Assembly: GCA_947631205.1 (NCBI GenBank)
Contig: CANRKL010000002.1
Location: 1-46,742, forward strand
DNA from: an uncultured Bacilli bacterium
GTDB lineage: Bacteria > Bacillota_I > Bacilli_A > RF39 > UBA660
DNA length: 46,742 bases
Direction: 5' to 3'
Below are positions 1-10,808 of the stretch, one piece after another. Position 1 is the stretch's first letter, and each line of letters begins with the position of its first letter. The translations under genes were made by a program, and so were the position numbers. A model generated the notes under the pieces. That model ran no database searches, was not told the origin of the DNA, and saw nothing but the letters and a program-made list of their open reading frames with translations.

Positions 1-151
1 AGTCTTATTTGCAAATTAAAGAGTAACCTATTTAAAAGTTACTCGTTTTGAAGTGTTTTAAGTCTGAGTAGTTACAAATAATTTTTAAAGACTATTTTTT
101 ATAATTGAAAAGTTTTTTTAAAATATATATAATTAAATAGAGGTTAGTAGT

Positions 152-880
152 ATGAGTAAGAGAAAAAAGAAAAATAATAATGGTTATTTATTTCAAATAT
201 TAGTTGTTATATTTTTAATATCTCAAATTATTATATATTATAAAAAAGAAGATATTGAAAAAATGTTTGAAAGCCTTGTCCCACAAGTATCATATTCTTT
301 AGAAAATATCCCAAAATATGAGGGTAAATCATCAGTTATAATTAATAATAATGAACCTAATTTTAATATAGAAGATTATGAGATAAAAGCCTTTGAAAGT
401 TATAGTAAGTTAGATAATTTAGGAAGATGTGGAGTTGCAGTTGCAATAGTGGGACTAGAAACTATGCCAAAAGAAGAACGAGGAAGCATTGGAATGATTA
501 AGCCAAGTGGTTGGCATACTGTAAAATATGATATTGTAGATGGAAAATATTTATATAATCGTTGTCATTTAATTGGGTATCAATTAACTGGAGAAAATGC
601 TAATCCTCAAAATCTTATAACTTGTACTAGAAGTACTAATACAGTTGGAATGTTAGAATATGAAAATATGGTTGCTAAATATGTTAAAGAAACACATAAT
701 CATGTTCTATACCGAGTAACTCCTATCTTTGAGGGAACAAATTTAGTTGCCAGTGGTATTCAAATGGAAGCTTATTCTATGGAAGATAATGGCATGGGTA
801 TTAAGTTTAATGTTTATGTATACAATGTAGAAGAAGGTATTTCCATTAATTATCAAGATGGAACTAGTTCTTTAGAATAA
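152..880 (+). CDS. membrane-anchored/secreted DNA/RNA non-specific endonuclease
   Basis: 242-aa ORF. Lys-rich N-terminus followed by one hydrophobic helix (YLFQILVVIFLISQIIIYY). The C-terminal block RCHLIGYQLTGENANPQNLITCTRSTN resembles the His/Asn catalytic block of secreted Firmicute non-specific nucleases. SD-like agagg lies upstream of the ATG. Confidence 0.72.
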   Translation: MSKRKKKNNNGYLFQILVVIFLISQIIIYYKKEDIEKMFESLVPQVSYSLENIPKYEGKSSVIINNNEPNFNIEDYEIKAFESYSKLDNLGRCGVAVAIVGLETMPKEERGSIGMIKPSGWHTVKYDIVDGKYLYNRCHLIGYQLTGENANPQNLITCTRSTNTVGMLEYENMVAKYVKETHNHVLYRVTPIFEGTNLVASGIQMEAYSMEDNGMGIKFNVYVYNVEEGISINYQDGTSSLE

Positions 881-936
881 AAAATTTTTCTACTATAAAG
901 TTTTTTAGTGTATAATAGTTAGTAAGGTGAGTAGTA

Positions 937-1869
937 ATGATTAAAATATATAAAAATTCAGATATTAATGAAAATTTAAAAGAATTTAAAACAATTGAAC
1001 AAGATTGCTGGATTAATTTAGTAAATCCAACTTTTGAAGAAATAAAACAAGTATCATCAAATGTTAAAATAAGTCCTAGAATGCTTAAAGAAGTTTTAGT
1101 AGAAAAAGATTTACCAAGAATTAAAAAAACAGAAGACGCTACTTTGGTTGTTATAGATATTCCATATAAAGATAATGGGAAGTATAATACATATCCTTTA
1201 GGAATAATTATATGCAATGATTTACATATAATTACTGTTTCCCTAAAAGAAAGTAAAATATTAAATAGATTCATAAAAAATGAAATAAGTAATTTTTATA
1301 CAGCTAAAAAGAGTAGATTTTGTATTCAAATATTTGAAGAAGCTTCTAAAGAGTATTTAAATTCATTAAATAAAATTGAAGATTTTATTGAAAAAAAAGA
1401 AGAAGGATTATTTGAATCAACTAGTAATAAGCAATTAATTGATTTACTAAATGTTGAAAAATCACTAGTTTATTTTATAACTTCTCTAAAATATAACAAT
1501 ACTGTTTTAGAAAAAATAAGTAAAGAATACATTATAGATATATATGAAGAAGATTTAGAATTTTTAGAAGATACAATTATTGATAATAAACAATGTATTG
1601 AAATGTGTACAACATATCGTGAAATATTATCATCAACAACTCAAACTTATGGAACAATTATCTCTAATAACTTAAATGAAGCTATGCGTTTTTTAGCTGG
1701 TATAACAATTGTTTTTTCTATTCCTACGATGGTCGCGTCTTTTTTAGGAATGAATGTTCCTCTAGGCTTTTTAGGAACCAATGATTTTGCCTTTTTAATT
1801 ATTTTTGGTCTTTCAATTATAATTGCTATCATAATCGCTATTTGGCTTAAAAAGAAAAAAATGTTTTAA
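937..1869 (+). CDS. corA: CorA-family divalent cation (Mg2+/Co2+) transporter
   Basis: 310 aa. Soluble N-domain, then two C-terminal TM helices flanking the GMN signature (FLGMNVP), and a Lys-rich tail. Confidence 0.85.
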   Translation: MIKIYKNSDINENLKEFKTIEQDCWINLVNPTFEEIKQVSSNVKISPRMLKEVLVEKDLPRIKKTEDATLVVIDIPYKDNGKYNTYPLGIIICNDLHIITVSLKESKILNRFIKNEISNFYTAKKSRFCIQIFEEASKEYLNSLNKIEDFIEKKEEGLFESTSNKQLIDLLNVEKSLVYFITSLKYNNTVLEKISKEYIIDIYEEDLEFLEDTIIDNKQCIEMCTTYREILSSTTQTYGTIISNNLNEAMRFLAGITIVFSIPTMVASFLGMNVPLGFLGTNDFAFLIIFGLSIIIAIIIAIWLKKKKMF

Positions 1870-1871
1870 TT

Positions 1872-2759
1872 ATGATTTTATTTGTAAGTGGTAGAACAGA
1901 TATTATAGCATATTATTCTAAGTGGTTTATTAATCGTTTAGAGGCAGGATATATAGACGTTAGAAATCCTTTTTATCCAAAGTTAGTTAGTCGAATAATG
2001 GTTGATAAAATAGATGCTTTTCTTTTTTGTACTAAAAATCCCCATCCAATTATTGATTATTTACCGCATATTAAAAAGCCAATAGTTTTTCATGTTACTT
2101 TAACTCCTTATTTAAAAGATATTGAGCCGAATGTTCCTGATAAAAAACAAATAATTGACGATATAAAAGTAATATCTAAAATAATTGGTAAAGAGTTTGT
2201 AGTAGTTCGTTATGACCCCATTTTAATAAATCATAAATATACTTTAGATTATCATTTAAAAGCATTTAAAAAATTATGTGAATCTTTAGATGGTTATATT
2301 GAAAGGATAATTATTTCTTTTGTAGATGATTATAAAAATGTTAGAAAAAATAGTAATATCTTAAATATAAGAGAACTAACTGATGAGGATTTAGAGATTA
2401 TTGGTAAAAATTTTAGTATGATGGCTCATAATCATCACATTAAAGTGCAAACTTGTTTTGAAAAAAGAGATTTAACAGAATTTGGATTTATTAAGGGAGA
2501 ATGTATGTCTAAAGAGTTAGCATATAAACTAACAAATAAAAAGTTTGCAAAAGGAAAATTACGCAAAGGGAATCTTTGCAATTGTGTCTCAATGGTTGAT
2601 ATAGGTTCTTATAATAGTTGTCTAAATAAATGCAAATATTGCTATGCTAATTATGAGGAAGATAAAATTTATCAAAATTATCAATTACATGATGATAATT
2701 CTTCTTTATTAATTGGAACTTTAAAGGAAGATGATATTATTAAAGAAAGAGAGGGATAA
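1872..2759 (+). CDS. DUF1848-family Cys-rich protein
   Basis: 295 aa. N-terminus MILFVSGRTDIIAYYSKWFINRL is typical of DUF1848. C-terminal cluster CNCVSMVDIGSYNSCLNKCKYCYAN contains CxxxCxxC. The start is 3 nt after the corA stop. Confidence 0.65.
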   Translation: MILFVSGRTDIIAYYSKWFINRLEAGYIDVRNPFYPKLVSRIMVDKIDAFLFCTKNPHPIIDYLPHIKKPIVFHVTLTPYLKDIEPNVPDKKQIIDDIKVISKIIGKEFVVVRYDPILINHKYTLDYHLKAFKKLCESLDGYIERIIISFVDDYKNVRKNSNILNIRELTDEDLEIIGKNFSMMAHNHHIKVQTCFEKRDLTEFGFIKGECMSKELAYKLTNKKFAKGKLRKGNLCNCVSMVDIGSYNSCLNKCKYCYANYEEDKIYQNYQLHDDNSSLLIGTLKEDDIIKEREG

Positions 2760-2765
2760 AGTAAA

Positions 2766-5066
2766 TTGGCAAAACTTTATATAACAAATGACCAAAATAA
2801 AAAATATTTAATAAGTTATTTAATTAAACAAAATATTTTAAATATTAAAGTTATGGGGTATCAAGAATTTATTAAAAAGTATTATTTTGATTACAATGAA
2901 CAAACACTGTACTACTTAATGACGCATTATAATTTACGAAGAGATATAGCTAAATTTTATGTAGATAATATGTATTACTTAGAAGATAATGTAAAGAGCC
3001 CTAGAATTGATTTTTTAAAAAAGTTGTATCAAGAATTAAAAGACAATGATTTACTAATTTTTAATCCTTATTTTTCTTCTTGGTTAAAAAACTATGAAGT
3101 TACTTTTTATCATATTAATATTAAAGATTCGTTTTATCTAAAAACTAAAGATAGTATATCTTTAATTACCACTGTTTTAGAAGAAGATACTCCAAATAAA
3201 AATTATCAAGTAGTTACTTATAAAAAAGAAAGTATTGATGAAGAAGTAGCTTTTGTTTGTGATAAAATAGTTTCTTTAATCAAAAAAGGTATTTCTCCTA
3301 ATGATATTTATTTAACAAATTTAAATGAAAATTATCGATTACTTTTTCAAAAATATGGAGAAATATTTCATTTACAATTTAATTTTAACGTATCAAAAAA
3401 TGTTTATTCAACTCATTTAATTCAAGACTTTTTAACTCATCTTGATGATGACTTAGAAGAATATTTAACTAAAGTTTCTCTTAATTTAAAAAATGAAGAA
3501 GACAAGAAAATATATGAAGCTTTAATTAATGAATTAAATAATTTACCTAGTCTTAAAATGGATAATAACTTAAAAAAATATATTCAAGAAAAAATTAAAA
3601 ATTTAACAGTTAAGCCTCGGATATATCAAAATTGTATAAATGAATTGGCACTTTTAGATAGTGAAATAGATGAGAATTCCTATATCTTTTTAGTTGGGGC
3701 AAATGATAGTGAGTTTCCAAAAACTTATGAAGAAAAATATTTTAATAAAGAAGAAAGATGGAAGTTAGGGTTAGATAGTAAAATTACTATGGATAAAAAA
3801 ATATATGAAGAAACTTCTAAAAGAGTTTTTTCTTATCCTAATTTATATGTTACATATACCAAAGATTTATCGAAAGTTTTTCAAAATAACTCTCTTAGTT
3901 TAGATGAATCATTTACTTATTTAAATTCTCATTTGTTTAATAAAATTATTTATGGTAGGGAATATGATGTTTATCGAAAAAGTTTTTTTATCTCACCAAT
4001 TATTCAGAAATTATATGGAACTTATAATAAAGAAATGACAAAATTTGATAATTCATATCATTTAGTTAATATAAAAAATATTAATACAAAATTATCTTAT
4101 AGTTCTATAATTTTATATCAAAAGTGTCCTTATCGATTTTATTTAGCAAACATATTAAAAGTAAGAGCAAAAAGTGATACTTTAGCAATATATATTGGTA
4201 ATTTGTATCATGAAGTATTAGAAAATTATTATCAAGATAATTTTGATTATGCAAGTATTATTCAAAAATATCAAAAGAATAGTCAATTAAAAACATTTCA
4301 AGAAAAATATTTTTTTCAAAAATTAATTACTAATTTAGAAGATTTTTTGAAAGTTTTAAAAAGTCAAGAAGAAAATCTAAATTATGAAAAAGTATTATGT
4401 GAAGAAAAAATAAAAGTATCCTTAAAAGATGATTTTTATCTTGAAGGAATAATTGATAAAATGTATGTGTTAGATAAAAATATTGCAATTGTTGATTATA
4501 AAACAGGTTCATTTGATACTGATATGAGTTTAGTTTTAAATGGCTTAAATTTACAATTACCAATTTATATTTATCTTTTAAAAAATAGTCAATATCATGA
4601 TTATTCTTTAATGGGTTTTTATTATCAAAAAGTGGGACCTGTACTTCTAAAAGATAAGTCTACTGATAAAGAGTTAATTAATAATTTTAAATTAGATGGT
4701 TATAGTATAAATAGTGAAGAAGTTATTTCTTCTTTTGATAAAAGTTATCAGGATAGTAAAGTTATTAAAAGTATGAAAGTTAGTGAGAAAGGATTTTATT
4801 ATTATACTAAGATTTATAATGAAGATGAACTTTTAAATTTAATAGATATTGTTCAAGATATTTTAAATAAAACAGTAGATAATATTTTAAATAACCATTT
4901 TCCAATAGCTCCTAAAAAAGTTGGAGAAGATTTATTAGGGTGTAAGTTTTGTCCTTATAAAAATATATGTTATTTAAAAGAAGAAGATATAGTTTATTTA
5001 CCTAAACATTCTAAAGAGGCTATCTTTGGTAAAAATAAAGAAGAAAAAGAGATGATTAAATTATGA
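2766..5066 (+). CDS. addB: helicase-nuclease AddAB subunit B (short form, nuclease/Fe-S domain retained)
   Basis: 766 aa with TTG start. C-terminal PD-(D/E)XK block (IAIVDYKTG). Four Cys in the AddB Fe-S pattern (QKCPYRFY ... CKFCPYKNIC = C..CxxCxxxxxC). No N-terminal Walker A visible. Overlaps addA by ATGA. Confidence 0.8.
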   Translation: MAKLYITNDQNKKYLISYLIKQNILNIKVMGYQEFIKKYYFDYNEQTLYYLMTHYNLRRDIAKFYVDNMYYLEDNVKSPRIDFLKKLYQELKDNDLLIFNPYFSSWLKNYEVTFYHINIKDSFYLKTKDSISLITTVLEEDTPNKNYQVVTYKKESIDEEVAFVCDKIVSLIKKGISPNDIYLTNLNENYRLLFQKYGEIFHLQFNFNVSKNVYSTHLIQDFLTHLDDDLEEYLTKVSLNLKNEEDKKIYEALINELNNLPSLKMDNNLKKYIQEKIKNLTVKPRIYQNCINELALLDSEIDENSYIFLVGANDSEFPKTYEEKYFNKEERWKLGLDSKITMDKKIYEETSKRVFSYPNLYVTYTKDLSKVFQNNSLSLDESFTYLNSHLFNKIIYGREYDVYRKSFFISPIIQKLYGTYNKEMTKFDNSYHLVNIKNINTKLSYSSIILYQKCPYRFYLANILKVRAKSDTLAIYIGNLYHEVLENYYQDNFDYASIIQKYQKNSQLKTFQEKYFFQKLITNLEDFLKVLKSQEENLNYEKVLCEEKIKVSLKDDFYLEGIIDKMYVLDKNIAIVDYKTGSFDTDMSLVLNGLNLQLPIYIYLLKNSQYHDYSLMGFYYQKVGPVLLKDKSTDKELINNFKLDGYSINSEEVISSFDKSYQDSKVIKSMKVSEKGFYYYTKIYNEDELLNLIDIVQDILNKTVDNILNNHFPIAPKKVGEDLLGCKFCPYKNICYLKEEDIVYLPKHSKEAIFGKNKEEKEMIKL

Positions 5067-8000
5067 ATTGGAACAAAGAACAAGAATTAGCTATAAAAAC
5101 TACAGGAACAAACATGATAATAAGTGCCGGAGCCGGTTCTGGGAAAACGGCCGTTTTAACATCTCGTGTTATAAATCATCTTAAAAATGGCATTCACTTA
5201 AACGAATTATTAATACTTACATTTACTAATGAAGCTGCTCATGAAATGAAAAAAAGAATTGAAGACTTACTAAAAAAAGATGAAACGTTACAAGAAGAAT
5301 TAGATTATTTATATGAAAGCGAGATTACAACTTTTGACGCTTTTGCTTTAAAGTTAGTTAAAAAATATTATTACTTATTAAATATTCCTGAGAAAATTGA
5401 TATAACTGATGATTCTTTAATTTTTTTATTAAAAAAAGAAGTTTTGAATAATGTTTTAGAAAAATATTATCAAGAAAAAAATCCTTATTTTTGTTTATTA
5501 ATTGATAATTTGTGTTTAAAAGATGATAAGAATTTTGAAAATGATTTATTAAGAATTATTAATCATTTAGAATTAAAAAAAGATGCTTTATATTATTTAG
5601 ATAATTATATAGATAATTTTTATAATGATACTTTTATTGATAATATTTTACAAGTATATGAAAATATTATTTTAAAGAAAAAAGAAGAATTAAAAGAAAA
5701 ATATGAACAAGTTATAGAATATAGTAGTAAAGATTATCAAGATAAATTAGATATGGCTTTTAGTAATTGGTGGAACTCTAATACTTATGATGATTTAAGT
5801 GCCTTAACTAGCATTAAAATACCTTCTTTACCTAAAAACTCTAGTGATGAATTAAAATTAGCTAAAGAAAGTCTTAATGATACTTGGAAAACTTTAAAAG
5901 AATTATTACAAGTTAAAAGTAAGGAAGAATTAAAAAATATTTATTTAGAAACAAAAGAAACAACCAAAGTAATTATTCAAATTTTAAAAGATTTTTGGAT
6001 TATCTATACTAAAGAAAAACAAGAGAAAAATTATTTTGATTTTAGCTTAATTGCTAATTTATCTTTAAAAATATTAGAAGATTATCCAGATATTTTAGAA
6101 GAAACTAAGAAACGTTTTAAAGAAATTTTAATTGATGAATATCAAGATACTAATGATTTACAAGAAGATTTTATTAAAAAGATAGCTAATAATAATGTTT
6201 ATATGGTAGGAGATATTAAACAAAGTATTTATCGTTTTAGAAATGCTAATCCCTATTTATTTCAACAGAAATATGATGATTATAGTCAAAATAAAGGGGG
6301 AATGAAAATTGATTTAATAACTAATTATCGTTCTAAATATGCGGTTATAAATAATATTAATTTAATTTTTAATTCTTTGATGGACCATGATTTAGGAGGT
6401 GCTTCTTATGAGTCTCAACATCAAATGGTTTGCGGTATTGAAAATAGGGTGGAAAAAAACAATGAAATGGAAATATTAAATTATTCTAAAATAGATGAAT
6501 TTACGGAGGAAGAAATAGAAATATTTTTAATAGCTAAGGATATTCAAAAAAGAATTGATAGTAAAGCCTTAATTTATGATAAAAAAATAAATGATAAACG
6601 TAATTTAGCATATCAAGATTTTTGTATTTTATTAGATAGAAGTACTAGTTTTAATGATTATCAAAAAATATTTAACTACTTAAATATTCCCTTAAATATC
6701 TATCAAGATGAAACATTATCTAGTAATATTCATTTTCTTACTATAAAAAATATTTTTGTTCTTTTAAAGAAAATGTTTTTAAAAGAATATGATGATGATT
6801 ATATTTATTCTTTAGTATCTATTTCTAGGAATTTTTTGTTTAATTTAACCGATGAAGAAATATATAATTATAAAATTAATAATAATTGGTATCAAAGTAC
6901 TCCTTATAAAACTTTAACAAGTATTTTAGATAATGGTTGGAATTTAAATTTAATAGAAATTTATAATTTAATAATTGAAAAAACAAATTATTATGAAAAA
7001 ATGCTTAGTTTAGGTGATGTCTTAGCAAGTCAAGTTGTTTTAGATAAAATAAAAGAAATAATTAATTCTTATCAAAAATATGGTTATGATTTTATTAAGT
7101 TTTCTTCTTCAATAGATGATATTTTAAATGAAAATTTGCAAATTAAATATAAAAAAGATAATAATGGAATAGATGGAGTATCTTTAATGACAATTCATAA
7201 AAGTAAAGGCTTAGAGTTTCCTTATGTTTACTATGCTTCTTTATCTAAGAAATTTAATAAAAGAGAATTAAATGAAAAAATATTATTTTCTAATAAATAT
7301 GGAATTATTAGTCCTATATTTCAAGAAGGATTACAAGAAACTTTTTTAAAAACTATCTTAAAATATGAAGAAAATGAAGAAGAAATATCTGAGAAAATAA
7401 GATTATTTTATGTAGCTTTAACAAGAGCTAAAGAAAAAATGATTTTTGTAACATCTAATAAAAAACGTTTAGAAAGTCAAACTAATAAATTAATAATACC
7501 ATATATAGATAGATTAAAATGTACAAGTTTTAAAGATTTTTTAGATTTAATGGCTAATAATTTAAGGATTTATCAAAAAGAAGTTGATATAACCTCTCTT
7601 AATTTAACTAAAAATTATTTATACTATCAAGAAAATACTTTAGATGATTTACCAAATACTCCACTAGATGTTATAGAAATAAATTTATTAAATAAAGAAG
7701 AAAGTCCTAAAAAAATATCTAAAACAATCAAAAAATTATTGACTAAAGAAGAAAAAGAAAATATTAATTTAGGATTAGAATTCCATGAAGCTTTAGAATA
7801 TTTAGATTTTAAAAATCCTAATTATGATTTAATAAAAAATAAGTTTATATCTAAAAAAATTGAAGTGTTTTTAAATCAAGAATTAATTAAAGAAAATCTT
7901 GATGGAGAAATATATCATGAATATGAATATAACTATCAAGGACAAACAGGAATTATTGATTTATTAATTATTAAAGATGATAAAGCTATTATTATTGATT

Positions 8001-8143
8001 ATAAATTGAATAATGTTTTAGATGAAGCTTATATTAATCAATTAAAAAGCTATAAAGAGTTTATTTTAAATACTTTTCATAAAGAAGTTGATACTTATTT
8101 ATATTCTTTGATAGAAAGTAAGTTTACAAATACCTTAATATAG
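5063..8143 (+). CDS. addA: helicase-nuclease AddAB subunit A (UvrD/PcrA-type helicase plus C-terminal nuclease)
   Basis: 1026 aa. Walker A GAGSGKT, DEYQDTN, QSIYRFRNA, TIHKSKGLEF and YVALTRAKE helicase motifs. C-terminal nuclease block IIDLLI...IIIDYKLN. Confidence 0.9.
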   Translation: MNWNKEQELAIKTTGTNMIISAGAGSGKTAVLTSRVINHLKNGIHLNELLILTFTNEAAHEMKKRIEDLLKKDETLQEELDYLYESEITTFDAFALKLVKKYYYLLNIPEKIDITDDSLIFLLKKEVLNNVLEKYYQEKNPYFCLLIDNLCLKDDKNFENDLLRIINHLELKKDALYYLDNYIDNFYNDTFIDNILQVYENIILKKKEELKEKYEQVIEYSSKDYQDKLDMAFSNWWNSNTYDDLSALTSIKIPSLPKNSSDELKLAKESLNDTWKTLKELLQVKSKEELKNIYLETKETTKVIIQILKDFWIIYTKEKQEKNYFDFSLIANLSLKILEDYPDILEETKKRFKEILIDEYQDTNDLQEDFIKKIANNNVYMVGDIKQSIYRFRNANPYLFQQKYDDYSQNKGGMKIDLITNYRSKYAVINNINLIFNSLMDHDLGGASYESQHQMVCGIENRVEKNNEMEILNYSKIDEFTEEEIEIFLIAKDIQKRIDSKALIYDKKINDKRNLAYQDFCILLDRSTSFNDYQKIFNYLNIPLNIYQDETLSSNIHFLTIKNIFVLLKKMFLKEYDDDYIYSLVSISRNFLFNLTDEEIYNYKINNNWYQSTPYKTLTSILDNGWNLNLIEIYNLIIEKTNYYEKMLSLGDVLASQVVLDKIKEIINSYQKYGYDFIKFSSSIDDILNENLQIKYKKDNNGIDGVSLMTIHKSKGLEFPYVYYASLSKKFNKRELNEKILFSNKYGIISPIFQEGLQETFLKTILKYEENEEEISEKIRLFYVALTRAKEKMIFVTSNKKRLESQTNKLIIPYIDRLKCTSFKDFLDLMANNLRIYQKEVDITSLNLTKNYLYYQENTLDDLPNTPLDVIEINLLNKEESPKKISKTIKKLLTKEEKENINLGLEFHEALEYLDFKNPNYDLIKNKFISKKIEVFLNQELIKENLDGEIYHEYEYNYQGQTGIIDLLIIKDDKAIIIDYKLNNVLDEAYINQLKSYKEFILNTFHKEVDTYLYSLIESKFTNTLI

Positions 8144-8171
8144 GTTAAAATAGTAACCAATTAAAGAGGGG

Positions 8172-8870
8172 TTGATGAAAATGCCTTATATATTAATAAC
8201 TGGAGGAAGTAGAGGATTAGGAAGTTTTTTAGCTAAATATTTAGCAAAATATAATTATGGAATTATAATAAATTATAAAGAAAATATAAATGAGGCTATA
8301 AAAACTAAAGAAGAAATAGCTAAAATATCAAATATTCCTCCTTATATTTATCAAGCAGATATTACTAAAGAAAATGATGTTTTAAAAATGTTAGAATTTA
8401 TTAAAGAAAAAGAAATAAATTTAGAAGTAGTTATATTAAATGCGGGAATTGATATATACTTAGAAATGCCAGATAAAAATTATGAAACATTTAAAAAAAT
8501 ATTAGATGTTAATATTTTAGGAAATTTTAATGTAACTAAGATTTTTGGTGATTTTTTAGAAGAAAAGAAAAAGGGTAGTTTAATATATATTAATTCTGAT
8601 AATGCTATAGATAGAAATGATTATATATCTCTTGAGTATGATGTTTCTAAATCAGGATTACTTATGTTAGCTAAAGATTATTCTAAATATTTTAAGTGGG
8701 TAAAGGTTCATACTATTGCACCTGGTTGGTTAGATACTAGGATGAATAATTTTCCAGAATGGGTTAAAAAACAAATTAAATTTACAGATTTAAATTTAGT
8801 TGGGGAAGTAGTTTTAAAAGAAATAAAGTCAAAAGAAACAGGGAATGTGGTGATTGTAAGAGATGAATAA
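8172..8870 (+). CDS. short-chain dehydrogenase/reductase (SDR)
   Basis: TGGSRGLG cofactor motif and YDVSKSG (YxxxK) catalytic motif. The true start is probably ATG 8181 (MPYILITGG), 9 nt after SD gagggg. Confidence 0.8.
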   Translation: MMKMPYILITGGSRGLGSFLAKYLAKYNYGIIINYKENINEAIKTKEEIAKISNIPPYIYQADITKENDVLKMLEFIKEKEINLEVVILNAGIDIYLEMPDKNYETFKKILDVNILGNFNVTKIFGDFLEEKKKGSLIYINSDNAIDRNDYISLEYDVSKSGLLMLAKDYSKYFKWVKVHTIAPGWLDTRMNNFPEWVKKQIKFTDLNLVGEVVLKEIKSKETGNVVIVRDE

Positions 8871-10113
8871 TTTATTAAATATTAGTGAAAAAACATGGAA
8901 TACTTATCAAAAAGTATTACCTAAAATAAAGCCTTATTTGGATAAAGTTGATGAGGTATGTGAATATAATACTGCTAAAGTAATGCAAGCTTTTTGGGAG
9001 GCTAAAATTAGTGAAAGTCATTTTAATGAAACAACCGGTTATGGATATAATGATATAGGAAGAGATGCCATTGAAAAAGTTTATAGTTATCTATTTAAAG
9101 CTGAAAAATCTTTAGTTAGAACTCAATTTGTATCAGGAAGTCATGCTTTAGCTAAAACATTATTTGCCTTACTAAGACCTAATGATATCCTACTAAGTAT
9201 TACGGGACTACCTTATGATACTTTACATGAAGTAATAGGTATTAGAAAAAACTCTAGTTCTTTAATATCTTATGGAGTAAAATATGAACAAATAGATTTA
9301 ATAAATAATGATTTTGCGTATGAAGAGGTTAGAGATTCTTTACAAAAAAAAGATATTAAAGTAGTAACGATTCAAAGAAGTAAAGGATATGAAGATAGAA
9401 AAAGTATAGATATAACAAAGTTAGAAAAAGTAATTAAATTAATTAAAGAGGTAAGTCCTAAAACAATTGTGATGGTTGATAATTGTTATTGTGAATTAGT
9501 TAGTAAAAAAGAACCAATTGAAGTAGGAGCTGATTTAGTTGTTGGTTCTCTTATTAAAAATTTAGGTGGGGGAATATCTTCTAATGGAGGATATGTAGTA
9601 GGTTCATCTTCTTTAGTAGATAAAGTAGCTGAATCTTTATATTTACCAGGTGAGGGGATTCTTGTAGGACCAAGTTTAGGAGCTAATAAATTATTTTTAC
9701 AAGGACTTTATTTTGCCCCTTCTGTAGTATCAAGTGCTTTAAAAACATCTATTTTAACAAGTGCTATGTTAGAAGAATTAGGTTATAAAGTAAGTCCTAG
9801 ATATGATGAAGATAGAGTAGATATTGTTACTAATATTTATTTAAAAAATGAAAAAAATTTAATAAAATATTGTGAGGGAATTCAAAGTGGTTCAGCTATT
9901 GATGCTTTTGTAAGTCCTATTCCTAGTGATATGCCAGGATATGATGATAAAATTATTATGGCTAGTGGTTCTTTTACGCAAGGCTCTAGTATTGAACTTT
10001 CTTGTGATGGACCAATAAGAGAACCTTATATTGCTTTTCAACAAGGTGGACTTACATATGAAAGTGGTAAAATTGGGATTTTAAAAGCTATAGATAATTT
10101 AATAAAGGAATAG
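8863..10113 (+). CDS. YnbB-like PLP-dependent Cys/Met-metabolism family protein (aluminium-resistance family)
   Basis: 416 aa. Overall pattern (GYGYNDIGRD, VSGSHA, SLIKNLGGG with the putative PLP lysine) recalls the Met_gamma_lyase/YnbB family. Overlaps the SDR stop by 8 nt. Confidence 0.65.
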   Translation: MNNLLNISEKTWNTYQKVLPKIKPYLDKVDEVCEYNTAKVMQAFWEAKISESHFNETTGYGYNDIGRDAIEKVYSYLFKAEKSLVRTQFVSGSHALAKTLFALLRPNDILLSITGLPYDTLHEVIGIRKNSSSLISYGVKYEQIDLINNDFAYEEVRDSLQKKDIKVVTIQRSKGYEDRKSIDITKLEKVIKLIKEVSPKTIVMVDNCYCELVSKKEPIEVGADLVVGSLIKNLGGGISSNGGYVVGSSSLVDKVAESLYLPGEGILVGPSLGANKLFLQGLYFAPSVVSSALKTSILTSAMLEELGYKVSPRYDEDRVDIVTNIYLKNEKNLIKYCEGIQSGSAIDAFVSPIPSDMPGYDDKIIMASGSFTQGSSIELSCDGPIREPYIAFQQGGLTYESGKIGILKAIDNLIKE

Positions 10114-10115
10114 TT

Positions 10116-10808
10116 ATGAAAAAGAAATTAGATATATTATATGAAGATAAAAATTTATTAATTGTAAATAAAAGGGCTAATGTTTTAACAGTGGGGACTT
10201 TAAAAGAAAAAGAACATACCTTATACTATGAAGCAAGTGCTTATGTAAAAAAACAATATCCTAAAAATAAAGTATTTATTATTAATCGTTTAGATAAAGA
10301 AACATCAGGAATAGTTGTATTTGCTAAAAATATAGAAACTAAAAAATTATATCAAGATAATTGGAATAATTATGCCCTTGTAAGAGAATATTTAGCGATT
10401 GTTTGTGGAGTAGTTCCTAATAAAAAAGGTAGTTTAAAATCTTATTTGGCCGAGAATAAACGGTTAGAAGTTTACAAAACTAGTGATAAATATGGCAAAT
10501 TAGCTATAACTAATTATGAAGTATTAGGAAAAAATAAAAGTTATACATTATTAAAAATAAATATATTAACAGGAAGAAAAAATCAAATAAGATACCAATT
10601 AAGTGATTTTGGATATAAAATTGTTGGTGATAAAAAATATAAAGCTTTAAAAAATCCCATAAATAGATTAGGACTTCATGCTTCATTATTAAAATTAAAA
10701 ATAAAAAATCAAGATGTAATAATTACTTCTAAAATACCTAAAGAATTTAAATTAATGTTTGCAAAGGAGATAGAAGATTATGGAAAGAATTCAAAAAGTA
10801 ATTGCTAG
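10116..10808 (+). CDS. RluA-family pseudouridine synthase
   Basis: 230 aa. Catalytic motif NRLDKETSGIVVFAK (HRLD..TSG type). No S4 domain. Confidence 0.85.
   Translation: MKKKLDILYEDKNLLIVNKRANVLTVGTLKEKEHTLYYEASAYVKKQYPKNKVFIINRLDKETSGIVVFAKNIETKKLYQDNWNNYALVREYLAIVCGVVPNKKGSLKSYLAENKRLEVYKTSDKYGKLAITNYEVLGKNKSYTLLKINILTGRKNQIRYQLSDFGYKIVGDKKYKALKNPINRLGLHASLLKLKIKNQDVIITSKIPKEFKLMFAKEIEDYGKNSKSNC

Noticed and set aside
881-936. A possible M-box (Mg2+) riboswitch ahead of corA.
   Set aside because: The intergenic region is only 56 nt, far too short for an M-box, and shows no conserved M-box segments.
864-1274. Antisense or overlapping ORFs in the six-frame track: 864-1274, 1647-1832, 4330-4563, 11285-11500, 11403-11594, 14402-14644, 15770-15976, 17252-17464, 18753-18977, 21201-21398, 21325-21519, 29593-29811, 39383-39601 and 42689-42910.
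   Set aside because: Each lies inside, and opposite to or out of frame with, a well-supported gene. They have low-complexity Ile/Leu/Phe/Lys-rich translations typical of shadow frames in AT-rich DNA, and no SD.
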